Shown here: piece after piece, positions 17,764-26,057 of the stretch
How the letters are laid out: each line of letters begins with the position of its first letter
Position numbering within the stretch: the stretch's first letter is position 1
Position numbers and translations under genes: made by a program
The notes under the pieces: generated by a model
Seen by the model: only the letters and a program-made list of their open reading frames with translations
Told to the model about the DNA's origin: nothing
Database searches by the model: none
Assembly: GCA_039809905.1 (NCBI GenBank)
Contig: JBDHVY010000001.1
Location: 990,001-1,022,000, forward strand
Direction: 5' to 3'
Length of the DNA stretch: 32,000 bases
Source of the DNA: Candidatus Babelota bacterium
GTDB lineage: Bacteria > Babelota > Babeliae > Babelales > Vermiphilaceae

Positions 17764-19611
17764 ATGTGTACTGTTGTGGGCTACATAGGAAAGTCTTTTT
17801 GTAGTACATTCATTTTTGAGAGTCTTGCTCGCTTAGAATATCGCGGATATGATTCTGCAGGGTTTGCGTGCCTTGATCCAATTAATCAAAAACTTCTTTA
17901 TTCAAAATCTTCTGGTCAACTCATTAATTTAGCTGAAAAAGTTAAAAAAGATCCCTTTGATGGTTTTTTGGGGATTGGTCATACCCGCTGGTCAACCCAT
18001 GGTGATACATCGCATGAAAATGCCCATCCTCATTTTGATTGTTCAAAAACTATTTCTGTAGTTCATAATGGGATTATCGAAAATTATCTTGAATTAAAAC
18101 AACAAATGCTCAATAACGGGCATTTATTTTTTTCAGAAACAGATACAGAAGTTGTGAGTCATTTATTTGAATCCTTATTACAAAAAAAGGATTTGTCAGA
18201 ACGTGATGTTTCTATTCTTGTGCAACAATTGCATGGTGCCTATGCTTTTATTGTAATGTTGCAAACGTTTCCTGATGTTCTTATTGTGGTGCGTAAAAAG
18301 TCACCATTATGCATTGGCATAGGTGGTAATGAAATGTTTATAGCATCAGATGTTATTGCTTTTGCGGATAAAACACAGAGAGTGCTTTTTTTGCCTGACG
18401 AAAGTTTTGCGTTTGTTTTTCGTGATACTATTCAATTGTATGATTTTCAAGGCAATAAGCTTTTTGCACAAGAGCAAAGAATAGATGCACAATTTGAGCA
18501 ATCACATAAAGGTGAGTATGCGCATTTTATGCTCAAAGAAATATATGAACAAAAAAATGCCATCACAAGGACAATTGAATCATTAAAAGGTAATAAAACT
18601 GTTCTTTTGGAGCAACTTGGTCTTAGTCAGCAACATGTACAAGATATAGAGCAAGTACAGTTTATAGCATGTGGAACATCCTGGCACGCAGCACGTATGG
18701 CTCAATTCTTTTTTGAAGGGATTGTACATATTCCTGTTACGGTGAGTTTAGCTTCTGAATTTAGGTATGGATCTTTTTTCCCTAACAAAAATACTCTGTA
18801 TATTTTTATCTCGCAATCAGGTGAAACAGCTGATGTTCTTGAAGCATTGCGATTAATTAATGCGTATCATTTATCAACGATTGCAATAACTAATGTTGCT
18901 ACAAGTACTATCGTGCGGGAAGCAAAAGGTTTTTTACTCACATGTGCAGGGACTGAAGTAGCTGTTGCTTCAACCAAAGCATTTTCAACTCAGCTTGCAG
19001 CACTTTATTGGTTAGCGCACTATATTGCGCTTGAAAAGAATATGATTGAACAAAAAGATATGCTGCAAGTAGAAAATGATGTGCTTGATGTTGCGCACAT
19101 TCTTGAGGATGCAATTGAATATCATAAAAATGTGATTGATCATAGCGATGCCGTGCGATACGCCTGTTATGATAAGGCTTTATTTTTGGGTAGACACATT
19201 AGTTATCCGTTGGCTATGGAAGCTGCATTAAAATTAAAAGAAATAGCATATGTGTTTGCAGAGAGTTATGCTGCTGGTGAATTAAAACACGGCCCTCTTG
19301 CATTAGTTGATGCTATGATGCCGGTTTATATTTTTTCTCATAAAGATCCTATCATCTACCAAAAACTACTTTCTAATGCGCATGAAGTAAAAGCGCGTGG
19401 AGGTATAATTGTTGCATTTGCGTATAGAGATCAACATGAATTATGTGCACTGGCAGAAACAGTATTTACGATTTCCGAAAATATACCAACACTATTGGGA
19501 CCATTAGCAATGATCGGCCTTATACAATATTTTGTCTATGCCATAGCAAGAGAGCGCGGATGTCCAATCGATAAGCCGCGCAATTTAGCAAAATCAGTTA
19601 CCGTGGAATAG
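17764..19611 (+). CDS. glmS: Glutamine--fructose-6-phosphate aminotransferase (isomerising)
   Basis: N-terminal catalytic Cys (MCTVVGYIG), GIGHTRWSTHG, two SIS domains (CGTSWHAA, SQSGETADV) and a C-terminal LAKSVTVE. Confidence 0.97.
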   Translation: MCTVVGYIGKSFCSTFIFESLARLEYRGYDSAGFACLDPINQKLLYSKSSGQLINLAEKVKKDPFDGFLGIGHTRWSTHGDTSHENAHPHFDCSKTISVVHNGIIENYLELKQQMLNNGHLFFSETDTEVVSHLFESLLQKKDLSERDVSILVQQLHGAYAFIVMLQTFPDVLIVVRKKSPLCIGIGGNEMFIASDVIAFADKTQRVLFLPDESFAFVFRDTIQLYDFQGNKLFAQEQRIDAQFEQSHKGEYAHFMLKEIYEQKNAITRTIESLKGNKTVLLEQLGLSQQHVQDIEQVQFIACGTSWHAARMAQFFFEGIVHIPVTVSLASEFRYGSFFPNKNTLYIFISQSGETADVLEALRLINAYHLSTIAITNVATSTIVREAKGFLLTCAGTEVAVASTKAFSTQLAALYWLAHYIALEKNMIEQKDMLQVENDVLDVAHILEDAIEYHKNVIDHSDAVRYACYDKALFLGRHISYPLAMEAALKLKEIAYVFAESYAAGELKHGPLALVDAMMPVYIFSHKDPIIYQKLLSNAHEVKARGGIIVAFAYRDQHELCALAETVFTISENIPTLLGPLAMIGLIQYFVYAIARERGCPIDKPRNLAKSVTVE

Positions 19612-19613
19612 AC

Positions 19614-20015
19614 TTAGTCTCTCTCATCCCAAGATTTTGTGGTTCTTTCTAATTGTTGGAATAATGCTGTAGATTCTTTCATTTTTGCAATTATTATGTG
19701 TCGTTCCACTGGATAGGGTTTTCCTGGATAGTAAATAAGCTGGTTCCTATGTTTATAATCAAGAAGTTGCTTAATGATTTCATCATTTTCTTTGAGCTTG
19801 ATTATTAATTTTTCACATAATTGGCGAGTAGCAAAATCTGGAGTAGATTTTTCATAATAGCTTGAGTGTAGAATTGATTTACTTGAATGAAAGTCTCTCA
19901 TAATTCCTCTGGTTCTGCGTAATGAAGATGTTCGAGTTGCTAAAAGCATCCCAAGTGTGGTATGAGAATACGTAAAGATGAGTGTAGTAATCATTAAATG
20001 GATTGTCATTTTCAT
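19614..20015 (-). CDS. Small secreted protein (family member A)
   Basis: Hydrophobic N-terminus, then the basic stretch MLLATRTSSLRRTRG, then a helical region EKLIIKLKENDEIIKQLLDY. It is last in a co-oriented, tightly packed gene run. Confidence 0.5.
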   Translation of the reverse strand: MKMTIHLMITTLIFTYSHTTLGMLLATRTSSLRRTRGIMRDFHSSKSILHSSYYEKSTPDFATRQLCEKLIIKLKENDEIIKQLLDYKHRNQLIYYPGKPYPVERHIIIAKMKESTALFQQLERTTKSWDERD

Positions 20016-20017
20016 TT

Positions 20018-20305
20018 TTATTCCGTAGTGTCATCAGAATTGTTCAATTGTAAAGCAGTTGTTATTCTTCGGTTATTTTTTTTTATCTGGTCTTCTAAGT
20101 CCCATATTTTACGTATGCCTACCGATGAATTTCCTCTGAGTAAACGTAATGTTTCTCTATGGATTTTATTTTCTTTGCGAAGTATGGCGCAATATTCTTT
20201 CGTTGTAAGTGATCTTGAAAGTTTTGTTAAAAGCGTGCAAAAGCTTGAGCTATGCATGATAAGTGCCTGAGTAATAAAAAATAAGAAAAATGTTGTTTTA
20301 TTCAT
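20018..20305 (-). CDS. Small secreted protein (family member B)
   Basis: MNKTTFFLFFITQALIMHSSS, then TLLTKLSRSLTTKEY. 2-nt gap to the downstream gene and 8-nt overlap with the upstream gene. Confidence 0.45.
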   Translation of the reverse strand: MNKTTFFLFFITQALIMHSSSFCTLLTKLSRSLTTKEYCAILRKENKIHRETLRLLRGNSSVGIRKIWDLEDQIKKNNRRITTALQLNNSDDTTE

Positions 20306-20765
20306 TTGGATGGCCTTTATATTGGGCTTCTAAAATTAATTGATTAATTCTGAAGCTTACCAGCGAGTGTTTTTCATGATCTTCTTTGATGGCAAACTCT
20401 AGTAATTTTAATTTTTTAATGTCCAAAGGTTCATCGTTATAAGTATAATTAATTGCTGTAATGTCCTGTTGTTTTATATTTTTTACAAGCCGTTGAGCGA
20501 TATTTTCTTGTTCTTGCAATAATTTGTATAATTCTTTATTTCTCTCATGAACTGATTCTAAAAATATTGAACTGTTTTTCGATATTTCTGTCTCTGATAC
20601 ATCAAGAAATTTTTTTTGAGTCATTGTGTTCAGTCTTTTATTTGTGTGATATGTTCTCACAGACAAATGCTTTTCATAACCCAAACGCCTTACTAACATA
20701 CTGAACAAGGAGGTGCTGCTTACCAATACGCCTGTGATAATGCTCAGAGCAATAAATTTCTTCAT
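20298..20765 (-). CDS. Small secreted protein (family member C)
   Basis: MKKFIALSIITGVLVSSTSLFS, then MLVRRLGYEKHLSVRTYH, then a helical region NKELYKLLQEQENIAQRLV. Confidence 0.5.
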   Translation of the reverse strand: MKKFIALSIITGVLVSSTSLFSMLVRRLGYEKHLSVRTYHTNKRLNTMTQKKFLDVSETEISKNSSIFLESVHERNKELYKLLQEQENIAQRLVKNIKQQDITAINYTYNDEPLDIKKLKLLEFAIKEDHEKHSLVSFRINQLILEAQYKGHPNE

Positions 20766-20770
20766 GGGAC

Positions 20771-21130
20771 TTACTTTTTTTCTTGTGTATTATTAGTTGA
20801 ATTATTTCTATAGCGCATATTATGTTCAGGAATAAATGTATCATCATGATCTAAGTGTACAACAGCTGCTAATGCTTCAAAGTTATGAAACAAAATGGAT
20901 TCATTTTTTTCTAATTTATCAATACGTTCTTGTAGTTTTTGAATTGTCATTCTGATTTTATCCTGTTGAGATAGTTCAGGATGTCCACCATTGTAAAATC
21001 TAACGAAATGTGGTTTTTTATAAAATCTTGTTTGTGGTTGCACATTTCTTTGGCGTAATAATGCGGCCATTGGATGAATAGATACTACTGACAGGCATGA
21101 TAATAACCCGGCGATATTCATTAATTTCAT
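20771..21130 (-). CDS. Small secreted protein (family member D)
   Basis: MKLMNIAGLLSCLSVVSIHPMA, then ALLRQRNVQPQTRFY, then a helical region IRMTIQKLQERIDKLEKNE. Confidence 0.5.
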   Translation of the reverse strand: MKLMNIAGLLSCLSVVSIHPMAALLRQRNVQPQTRFYKKPHFVRFYNGGHPELSQQDKIRMTIQKLQERIDKLEKNESILFHNFEALAAVVHLDHDDTFIPEHNMRYRNNSTNNTQEKK

Positions 21131-21159
21131 ACGATACTCCGTTAAAGATGTCTGTTGCC

Positions 21160-21687
21160 TTAACTTATAATAGATTTGTTGCGCATTAGATTATGTATTC
21201 GAGAATTTTCTTGTTCAACTAATTCCTTGAGCTCATTTTTGTTTTTTATTTTTGATTTTATATATACAGTGCTTTTGCTAAACCAATAATAACGAGTATG
21301 GTGCCCTAAGTAATTTGTAGGGTTTTCATTTATACAATAATGACCGTCATGCTTTGTTATCTTATTTGGATGATAACCATACATATCTTCTATAGTTTTT
21401 ATTTGATCAAAAATAGCTTTTGTGAGTGGATTCTGTTCATAATCAATACTGAAAAAATAGTTTTTTATTGAAAGCGTAAAGGGAGGCTCATTAAGTTCAG
21501 GATTTTTAATTTCTTTTTTAGAAGTTAATAGGTTTAGTGAATTTATTTTTTTTTGTATATCGGAGATACCATGAAGATCGATATATAGTAATACTAATCT
21601 TTTTTCAATATCATTTAATGATTTATGCATTGCATTAAGATGATATGGTACTATAAAAAATGCCATAATAGAGAACAACTTGATCAC
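21160..21687 (-). CDS. Small secreted protein, unknown function
   Basis: MIKLFSIMAFFIVPYHLNA signal-like N-terminus. The GTG start overlaps the upstream stop (GTGA). Confidence 0.5.
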   Translation of the reverse strand: MIKLFSIMAFFIVPYHLNAMHKSLNDIEKRLVLLYIDLHGISDIQKKINSLNLLTSKKEIKNPELNEPPFTLSIKNYFFSIDYEQNPLTKAIFDQIKTIEDMYGYHPNKITKHDGHYCINENPTNYLGHHTRYYWFSKSTVYIKSKIKNKNELKELVEQENSRIHNLMRNKSIIS

Positions 21688-22442
21688 GATAATTCCTTTT
21701 TTTGTCTAAGCTTGCGCCATTGTGATTCTGCTTTTTCAGGATCAAAGTTGTTGACTCGTTCATCGCATCCTGAATAACGAATGCCAATAAAGGATATGTT
21801 ATACGATTGCAAAGCTTTTTCAACTGATATGAGATATTTCATTTTATCGTCAACGAATATTATTTTTTCAGGATAATAATTCATGTAATCAAAAAGACAT
21901 AATAAAGCCTGGCCTTTATCATTATTGCCACCAAATAAAATGCTGTTTTTATAAAAACAAGGATGTGGCATGGATAGTACTAAATCATCTTGACTGAAAT
22001 CTGGTACTAAAAATTGGATATCGATATTTTCAAGCTGCTCCAGTGTTCTTTCTGCAACAAAAAGACTGCGTGTAGAAAGGGCCATTATAGGGATGTTATA
22101 TTTTATGAGTTGTGATGTCAGAAAAGGAACAATATTTTCTGTTGGTTCCAGATCAACATTAAATTGTGCATAATAAGTGACGGGCAATGCATAATAAATA
22201 GCAGTAAGGTAATCATGGCCTTGCGCCATTTTTTTGTCCACTAAATGGCAAAACCATTCATCGCTGCTCAATTCTTCTGTCGGATGTGCTAGTGTATTAT
22301 CAATATCAAAGATGACTAACGTTCCGGGGGTAATATAATTGAGCACGGTTTCAATTTTATTGCTTTCAATTATCAGGCACTTAATAGATACATTAGAGAA
22401 TAAAACCAACCATAAAATAGATATGAAGTTATATTTTTTCAT
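21684..22442 (-). CDS. Signal-peptide-bearing HAD-like protein (resembles the DUF2608-type HAD-like family, from memory)
   Basis: MKKYNFISILWLVLFSNVSIKC, then HAD motif I LVIFDIDNTLAHP...SSDEWF, and a motif IV-like IIFVDDKMKYL. The start overlaps the ctp stop by 1 nt. Confidence 0.6.
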   Translation of the reverse strand: MKKYNFISILWLVLFSNVSIKCLIIESNKIETVLNYITPGTLVIFDIDNTLAHPTEELSSDEWFCHLVDKKMAQGHDYLTAIYYALPVTYYAQFNVDLEPTENIVPFLTSQLIKYNIPIMALSTRSLFVAERTLEQLENIDIQFLVPDFSQDDLVLSMPHPCFYKNSILFGGNNDKGQALLCLFDYMNYYPEKIIFVDDKMKYLISVEKALQSYNISFIGIRYSGCDERVNNFDPEKAESQWRKLRQKKELS

Positions 22443-23974
22443 TATATTTTAACCTCCTCAATAGTCAGTGCATCATTACTGATATGATTTTGTTTAAGAT
22501 ATATAAGAATGTCAGCGCGGTTTTTTACAAGATCAGGTGTATATTTTTGTGCCGTATTAAGTGTACTGATAAGAGAAATGCAATCGCGTAGTTGATTATC
22601 ATTTTGAAGCATTTCCTTTGCTCTATCAAACCGTCGACTCCCTTCGGTTTGCGCTGTCTTTTTTTCTTTTGTATCGCTAACTTTTATTTCTTTCTTTTTC
22701 TTTGGCAGTGGCATCCCTTCTTTTGTTACCTTGATGTAATTATCGAGTGTTTCTTCTCGGCCAAAATTTTTAGTAAACCATTGTATCTGTTCTGTAGGAG
22801 GTGTTGTGCGTTCAATGCCAAAATCTGGTTCAATACCTGTTCCTTGGATAGTTGTGTTATCAGGTAAAAAATAGAGACATGTCGTAATTTTTAAGGCGCA
22901 ATTATTGCTTATGGGAATAACTTCTTGTACCGAACCTTTTCCAAATGTTTTTGTACCAACCAAAAATACTAAGTAATCATTGGTTGCATCAGAATGTATT
23001 TTCAAACATCCGGCTAAAATTTCTCCTGCTGATGCAGTATAATTATTAATGAGTACAAAAATAGGTAATGTGTTTTTGATGACAGGATCTCTTTTAGTTC
23101 TGTATTGTTCAATTTCTTGCGCGTTTTTATCCTTAGTTAATGTTACAAGACTGCCTTTTTTTAAAAATAATCCTGCAATATCAATTGCTGCCGTCAGTAA
23201 TCCGCCCGAATTATTGCGCAAATCAAGAATTAATCCTTTATGATTTTGTTCTTGAGATTTTTTGAGTAAAGCTTCTATTTGTTTGACTGCAGCATCGGTG
23301 AACATGCTTAATGAAATGTAAGAAATATTATGACTAGTGATATGAAAACTCAGTGAATGTTGTTCCTTAACAATATCGCGTACTATCTCAAAAGAAAGCA
23401 TATCAGGGCTATTTTCACGCATTACTTTTACTTTTACTACTGTGTGGCGTTCACCTTTCAACAGAGATATTATTTTTTCTGTTGTTAATCCTTCTAATAA
23501 ATCGCCATTAATTTCTACTATTTTATCCATGGGCTGAATGCCAACTTTATCTGCTGGACCATCAGGAATGGTATCAACAATAGTTAAATGTTTATCTTTT
23601 GTTTTTCTCATATTATCAATAACAATACCAACACCAAAAAACTCACCAGATGTTGTTTCAAGCATGTCATGATATGTTTTAGGGTCCAAAAAATTGGAAT
23701 GTGCATCGAGTGAATTAATAAAACCATCAATTGCTTTAATCATGTTTTCTTTTGGATCAGTAATTGCATAATGTTTTTTGTGAGCAATATCCATTGCTTG
23801 TGCAAATGTGCGGGACCAATTAAAAATTGTTTCATCAAATGTTTCATCAGTTACTGCTGCAGTTGAGGTATTATCTGTTGTAACTTCAGCTGATTCAGGA
23901 GTAGTTTTTTCACTTGCCAATGGCATAAACAGGGAAATGATAAATGTTGCAACAACGATACGTGCATTTTTCAT
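22442..23974 (-). CDS. ctp: Carboxy-terminal processing (tail-specific) protease, family S41
   Basis: Signal peptide. PDZ region GVGIVID...VDTIPDGPADKVGIQPMDKIVEINGD. S41 motifs LILDLRNNSGGLL, INNYTASAGEILAG and GTKTFGKGSVQ. Confidence 0.92.
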   Translation of the reverse strand: MKNARIVVATFIISLFMPLASEKTTPESAEVTTDNTSTAAVTDETFDETIFNWSRTFAQAMDIAHKKHYAITDPKENMIKAIDGFINSLDAHSNFLDPKTYHDMLETTSGEFFGVGIVIDNMRKTKDKHLTIVDTIPDGPADKVGIQPMDKIVEINGDLLEGLTTEKIISLLKGERHTVVKVKVMRENSPDMLSFEIVRDIVKEQHSLSFHITSHNISYISLSMFTDAAVKQIEALLKKSQEQNHKGLILDLRNNSGGLLTAAIDIAGLFLKKGSLVTLTKDKNAQEIEQYRTKRDPVIKNTLPIFVLINNYTASAGEILAGCLKIHSDATNDYLVFLVGTKTFGKGSVQEVIPISNNCALKITTCLYFLPDNTTIQGTGIEPDFGIERTTPPTEQIQWFTKNFGREETLDNYIKVTKEGMPLPKKKKEIKVSDTKEKKTAQTEGSRRFDRAKEMLQNDNQLRDCISLISTLNTAQKYTPDLVKNRADILIYLKQNHISNDALTIEEVKI

Positions 23975-24154
23975 GTCATTCCTTTTTTCTTTTAATACAA
24001 GCTAAATGTTGTAACGCAAGTCAATATAATTCTAATCCCATGTTTTGTTTCTTTTCACATGGGGATCTCATAAAAAACGAGAAGTATTTAATTAGAGGTT
24101 AATAGATGTGTATGCTTCAACTACTGTCAAGGAAAATAAAAAAGAAAGGGGTGT

Positions 24155-24436
24155 ATGATACACGTAAAGCAATTATGTATGAGACTCTTATTGGTTATTG
24201 AAATGGCTGGATTCGGGTATTTATATATTTTTGGTAACAACGGCATGCAAGCCCTTGGTGTGCAACGAGCTATAGTCTTAGATTTAGAAAAAAATGTTGC
24301 GCAATTAAAAGATGAAATTGAGCTGTTAAAAAATGATATTTATGCCTGGCAGACTGATGATTTTTATAAAGAAAAAGTTGCACGTGAACAATTGCAAATG
24401 GCGCGTAAAGGCGATGAGCTTTTTTATATTGGATAA
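24155..24436 (+). CDS. ftsB: Septum formation initiator FtsB/DivIC-family protein
   Basis: A single N-terminal TM helix, the coiled coil LEKNVAQLKDEIELLKNDI, and the conserved tail DDFYKEKVAREQLQMARKGDELFYI. Confidence 0.75.
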   Translation: MIHVKQLCMRLLLVIEMAGFGYLYIFGNNGMQALGVQRAIVLDLEKNVAQLKDEIELLKNDIYAWQTDDFYKEKVAREQLQMARKGDELFYIG

Positions 24437-24468
24437 ATCAGTTTTTTTGGTATGATTAATCCGCGTTC

Positions 24469-24663
24469 ACCCTTCAACAAGTTCAGGGCGAGCGCAGCGA
24501 GGAATTAACGCTGTGTTTACTACTGACGGTGTCCGAAGAAGCTTTAGCGAAGTCGGAGCCTGTCGAAGTATCGGCGACGCGAGAAAAGATTTGAATTTTA
24601 AAAAATACTTTTTTAGTCTTATTAAATTTTATTATTGAGCTCATCCTGAACTTGTTGAAGGGT
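24469..24663. repeat. Intergenic repeat element, copy B, bounded by perfect 19-bp inverted repeats
   Basis: ACCCTTCAACAAGTTCAGG at 24469-24487 and its exact reverse complement CCTGAACTTGTTGAAGGGT at 24645-24663. The internal core is homologous to 17529-17650. Confidence 0.8.
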
Positions 24664-24689
24664 TAGCGCACATATTAAGGAACCTTCTC

Positions 24690-25307
24690 ATGAAATTTAC
24701 TTTACCATCGTTGCCGTATGAATACGGCGCTCTTGAGCCATATATTGATGCACAAACAATGGAAATTCATCACACAAAGCATCATCAAGCATATATCAAT
24801 AATTTAATTGCAGCATTGGAAAAGCATCCTGAATTTGAACCGACATCATCTGCCAGTCTTTTGATTGATTTACCAGCTGTTCCTTCTGATATTCGTGCGG
24901 CAGTACGCAATAATGGTGGTGGCCATTTTAATCATTCATTATTTTGGCAGATCATGAAACCTAACGGCGGTGGAGAACCTAATGGATTGCTTGCGCAAGA
25001 AATTAAAAAAATATTTGGAAGTTTTGCAGAATTTCAAGAATTATTTAATGCCCAAGCAAAAGCAGTTTTTGGCAGTGGCTGGGCATGGCTTTCCGTTGGT
25101 AAAGATGGGAAATTGGTGATAACGGGTTTACCAAATCAAGATTGTCCGCTTTCTTTTGATGAAACGCCTATTATGGGTCTTGATGTGTGGGAACATGCTT
25201 ATTATTTAAAGTATCAAAATAAACGTCCTGATTATATTTCAGCATGGTGGCATGTCATTAATTGGGATATGGTAGAAGAAAATTATCGTTCAATTATTAA
25301 AAAATAA
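24690..25307 (+). CDS. sodA: Superoxide dismutase, Mn-type by signature residues
   Basis: [26 protein letters not shown] and [32 protein letters not shown] and LPNQD match the Mn-type rather than the Fe-type pattern (inference from E. coli SodA/SodB signatures). Confidence 0.9.
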   Translation: MKFTLPSLPYEYGALEPYIDAQTMEIHHTKHHQAYINNLIAALEKHPEFEPTSSASLLIDLPAVPSDIRAAVRNNGGGHFNHSLFWQIMKPNGGGEPNGLLAQEIKKIFGSFAEFQELFNAQAKAVFGSGWAWLSVGKDGKLVITGLPNQDCPLSFDETPIMGLDVWEHAYYLKYQNKRPDYISAWWHVINWDMVEENYRSIIKK

Positions 25308-25325
25308 GTTGAGAGCTAGATACAA

Positions 25326-25964
25326 ATGAATATGTTAAAGAAGTTCATGAGTATATTTTTTATCTGTAATAGTGCATTGATTCACTGTATGGAGCTAACT
25401 GCTGAAACTAAAAATGAGTTTATTAGCCGAACGCAGAATTTGCCTTGTTCTAAAAAATATACACATGCCCTTTCTCAATATTTTATTGAGCCTCGTGGAG
25501 CTAGTGTGGGTTACTATACTATGTGTCCTTATGGAAAATATTATGCAGCATTAAGGTCAGCGGAAGAGAGTCAGCGACAATCATCTCAGCTGATTGTTTT
25601 TACTCACACAGGCGATGTATATGCACGGCAATTTTTGAATTGTAGGCTGTATAAAAATATTACAGCAATTGCTCTTGCGGCAAAGGGAGATATGTTTGCT
25701 ACAATATATGAAGGCGCGTGGTATCAACCGGCTCTATTAAAAATACGAAAACTTAGTACAAAAAAAACAATAAAAAAATATGAAATTTCAACAGGGTTTC
25801 AAGTAGCTTCCACTTTCAATGCCAATGCTGCAATTGCTTTTAACAAACAAGGAACTAAAGTTATTGTTTGGGGTGTGGATGTTTCTCAAAGAGGGTCGTA
25901 TTTAGGGACAGCCCATGGGGCACCGGCGCTTGATTATATGATCTTTGATGTCGAAGATAAATAA
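25326..25964 (+). CDS. Secreted hypothetical protein
   Basis: MNMLKKFMSIFFICNSALIHC signal-like N-terminus. No recognisable domain. Starts 18 nt after sodA. Confidence 0.55.
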   Translation: MNMLKKFMSIFFICNSALIHCMELTAETKNEFISRTQNLPCSKKYTHALSQYFIEPRGASVGYYTMCPYGKYYAALRSAEESQRQSSQLIVFTHTGDVYARQFLNCRLYKNITAIALAAKGDMFATIYEGAWYQPALLKIRKLSTKKTIKKYEISTGFQVASTFNANAAIAFNKQGTKVIVWGVDVSQRGSYLGTAHGAPALDYMIFDVEDK

Positions 25965-26057
25965 GCTGTTTTGTATGTAGTTAATCTAAGTAGTAAAAAA
26001 ATGAGGATATCTTATACTACTTATATAAGATTTATATTTCTTTATAGGATATCTCGT

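Noticed and set aside
22592-24005. Plus-strand ORFs 22592-22867, 23049-23243 and 23808-24005 inside ctp; likewise 25986-26293, 26299-26511 and 26832-27116 inside lysS, and 28093-28674 inside the hydrolase
   Set aside because: These are shadow ORFs of confidently called genes.
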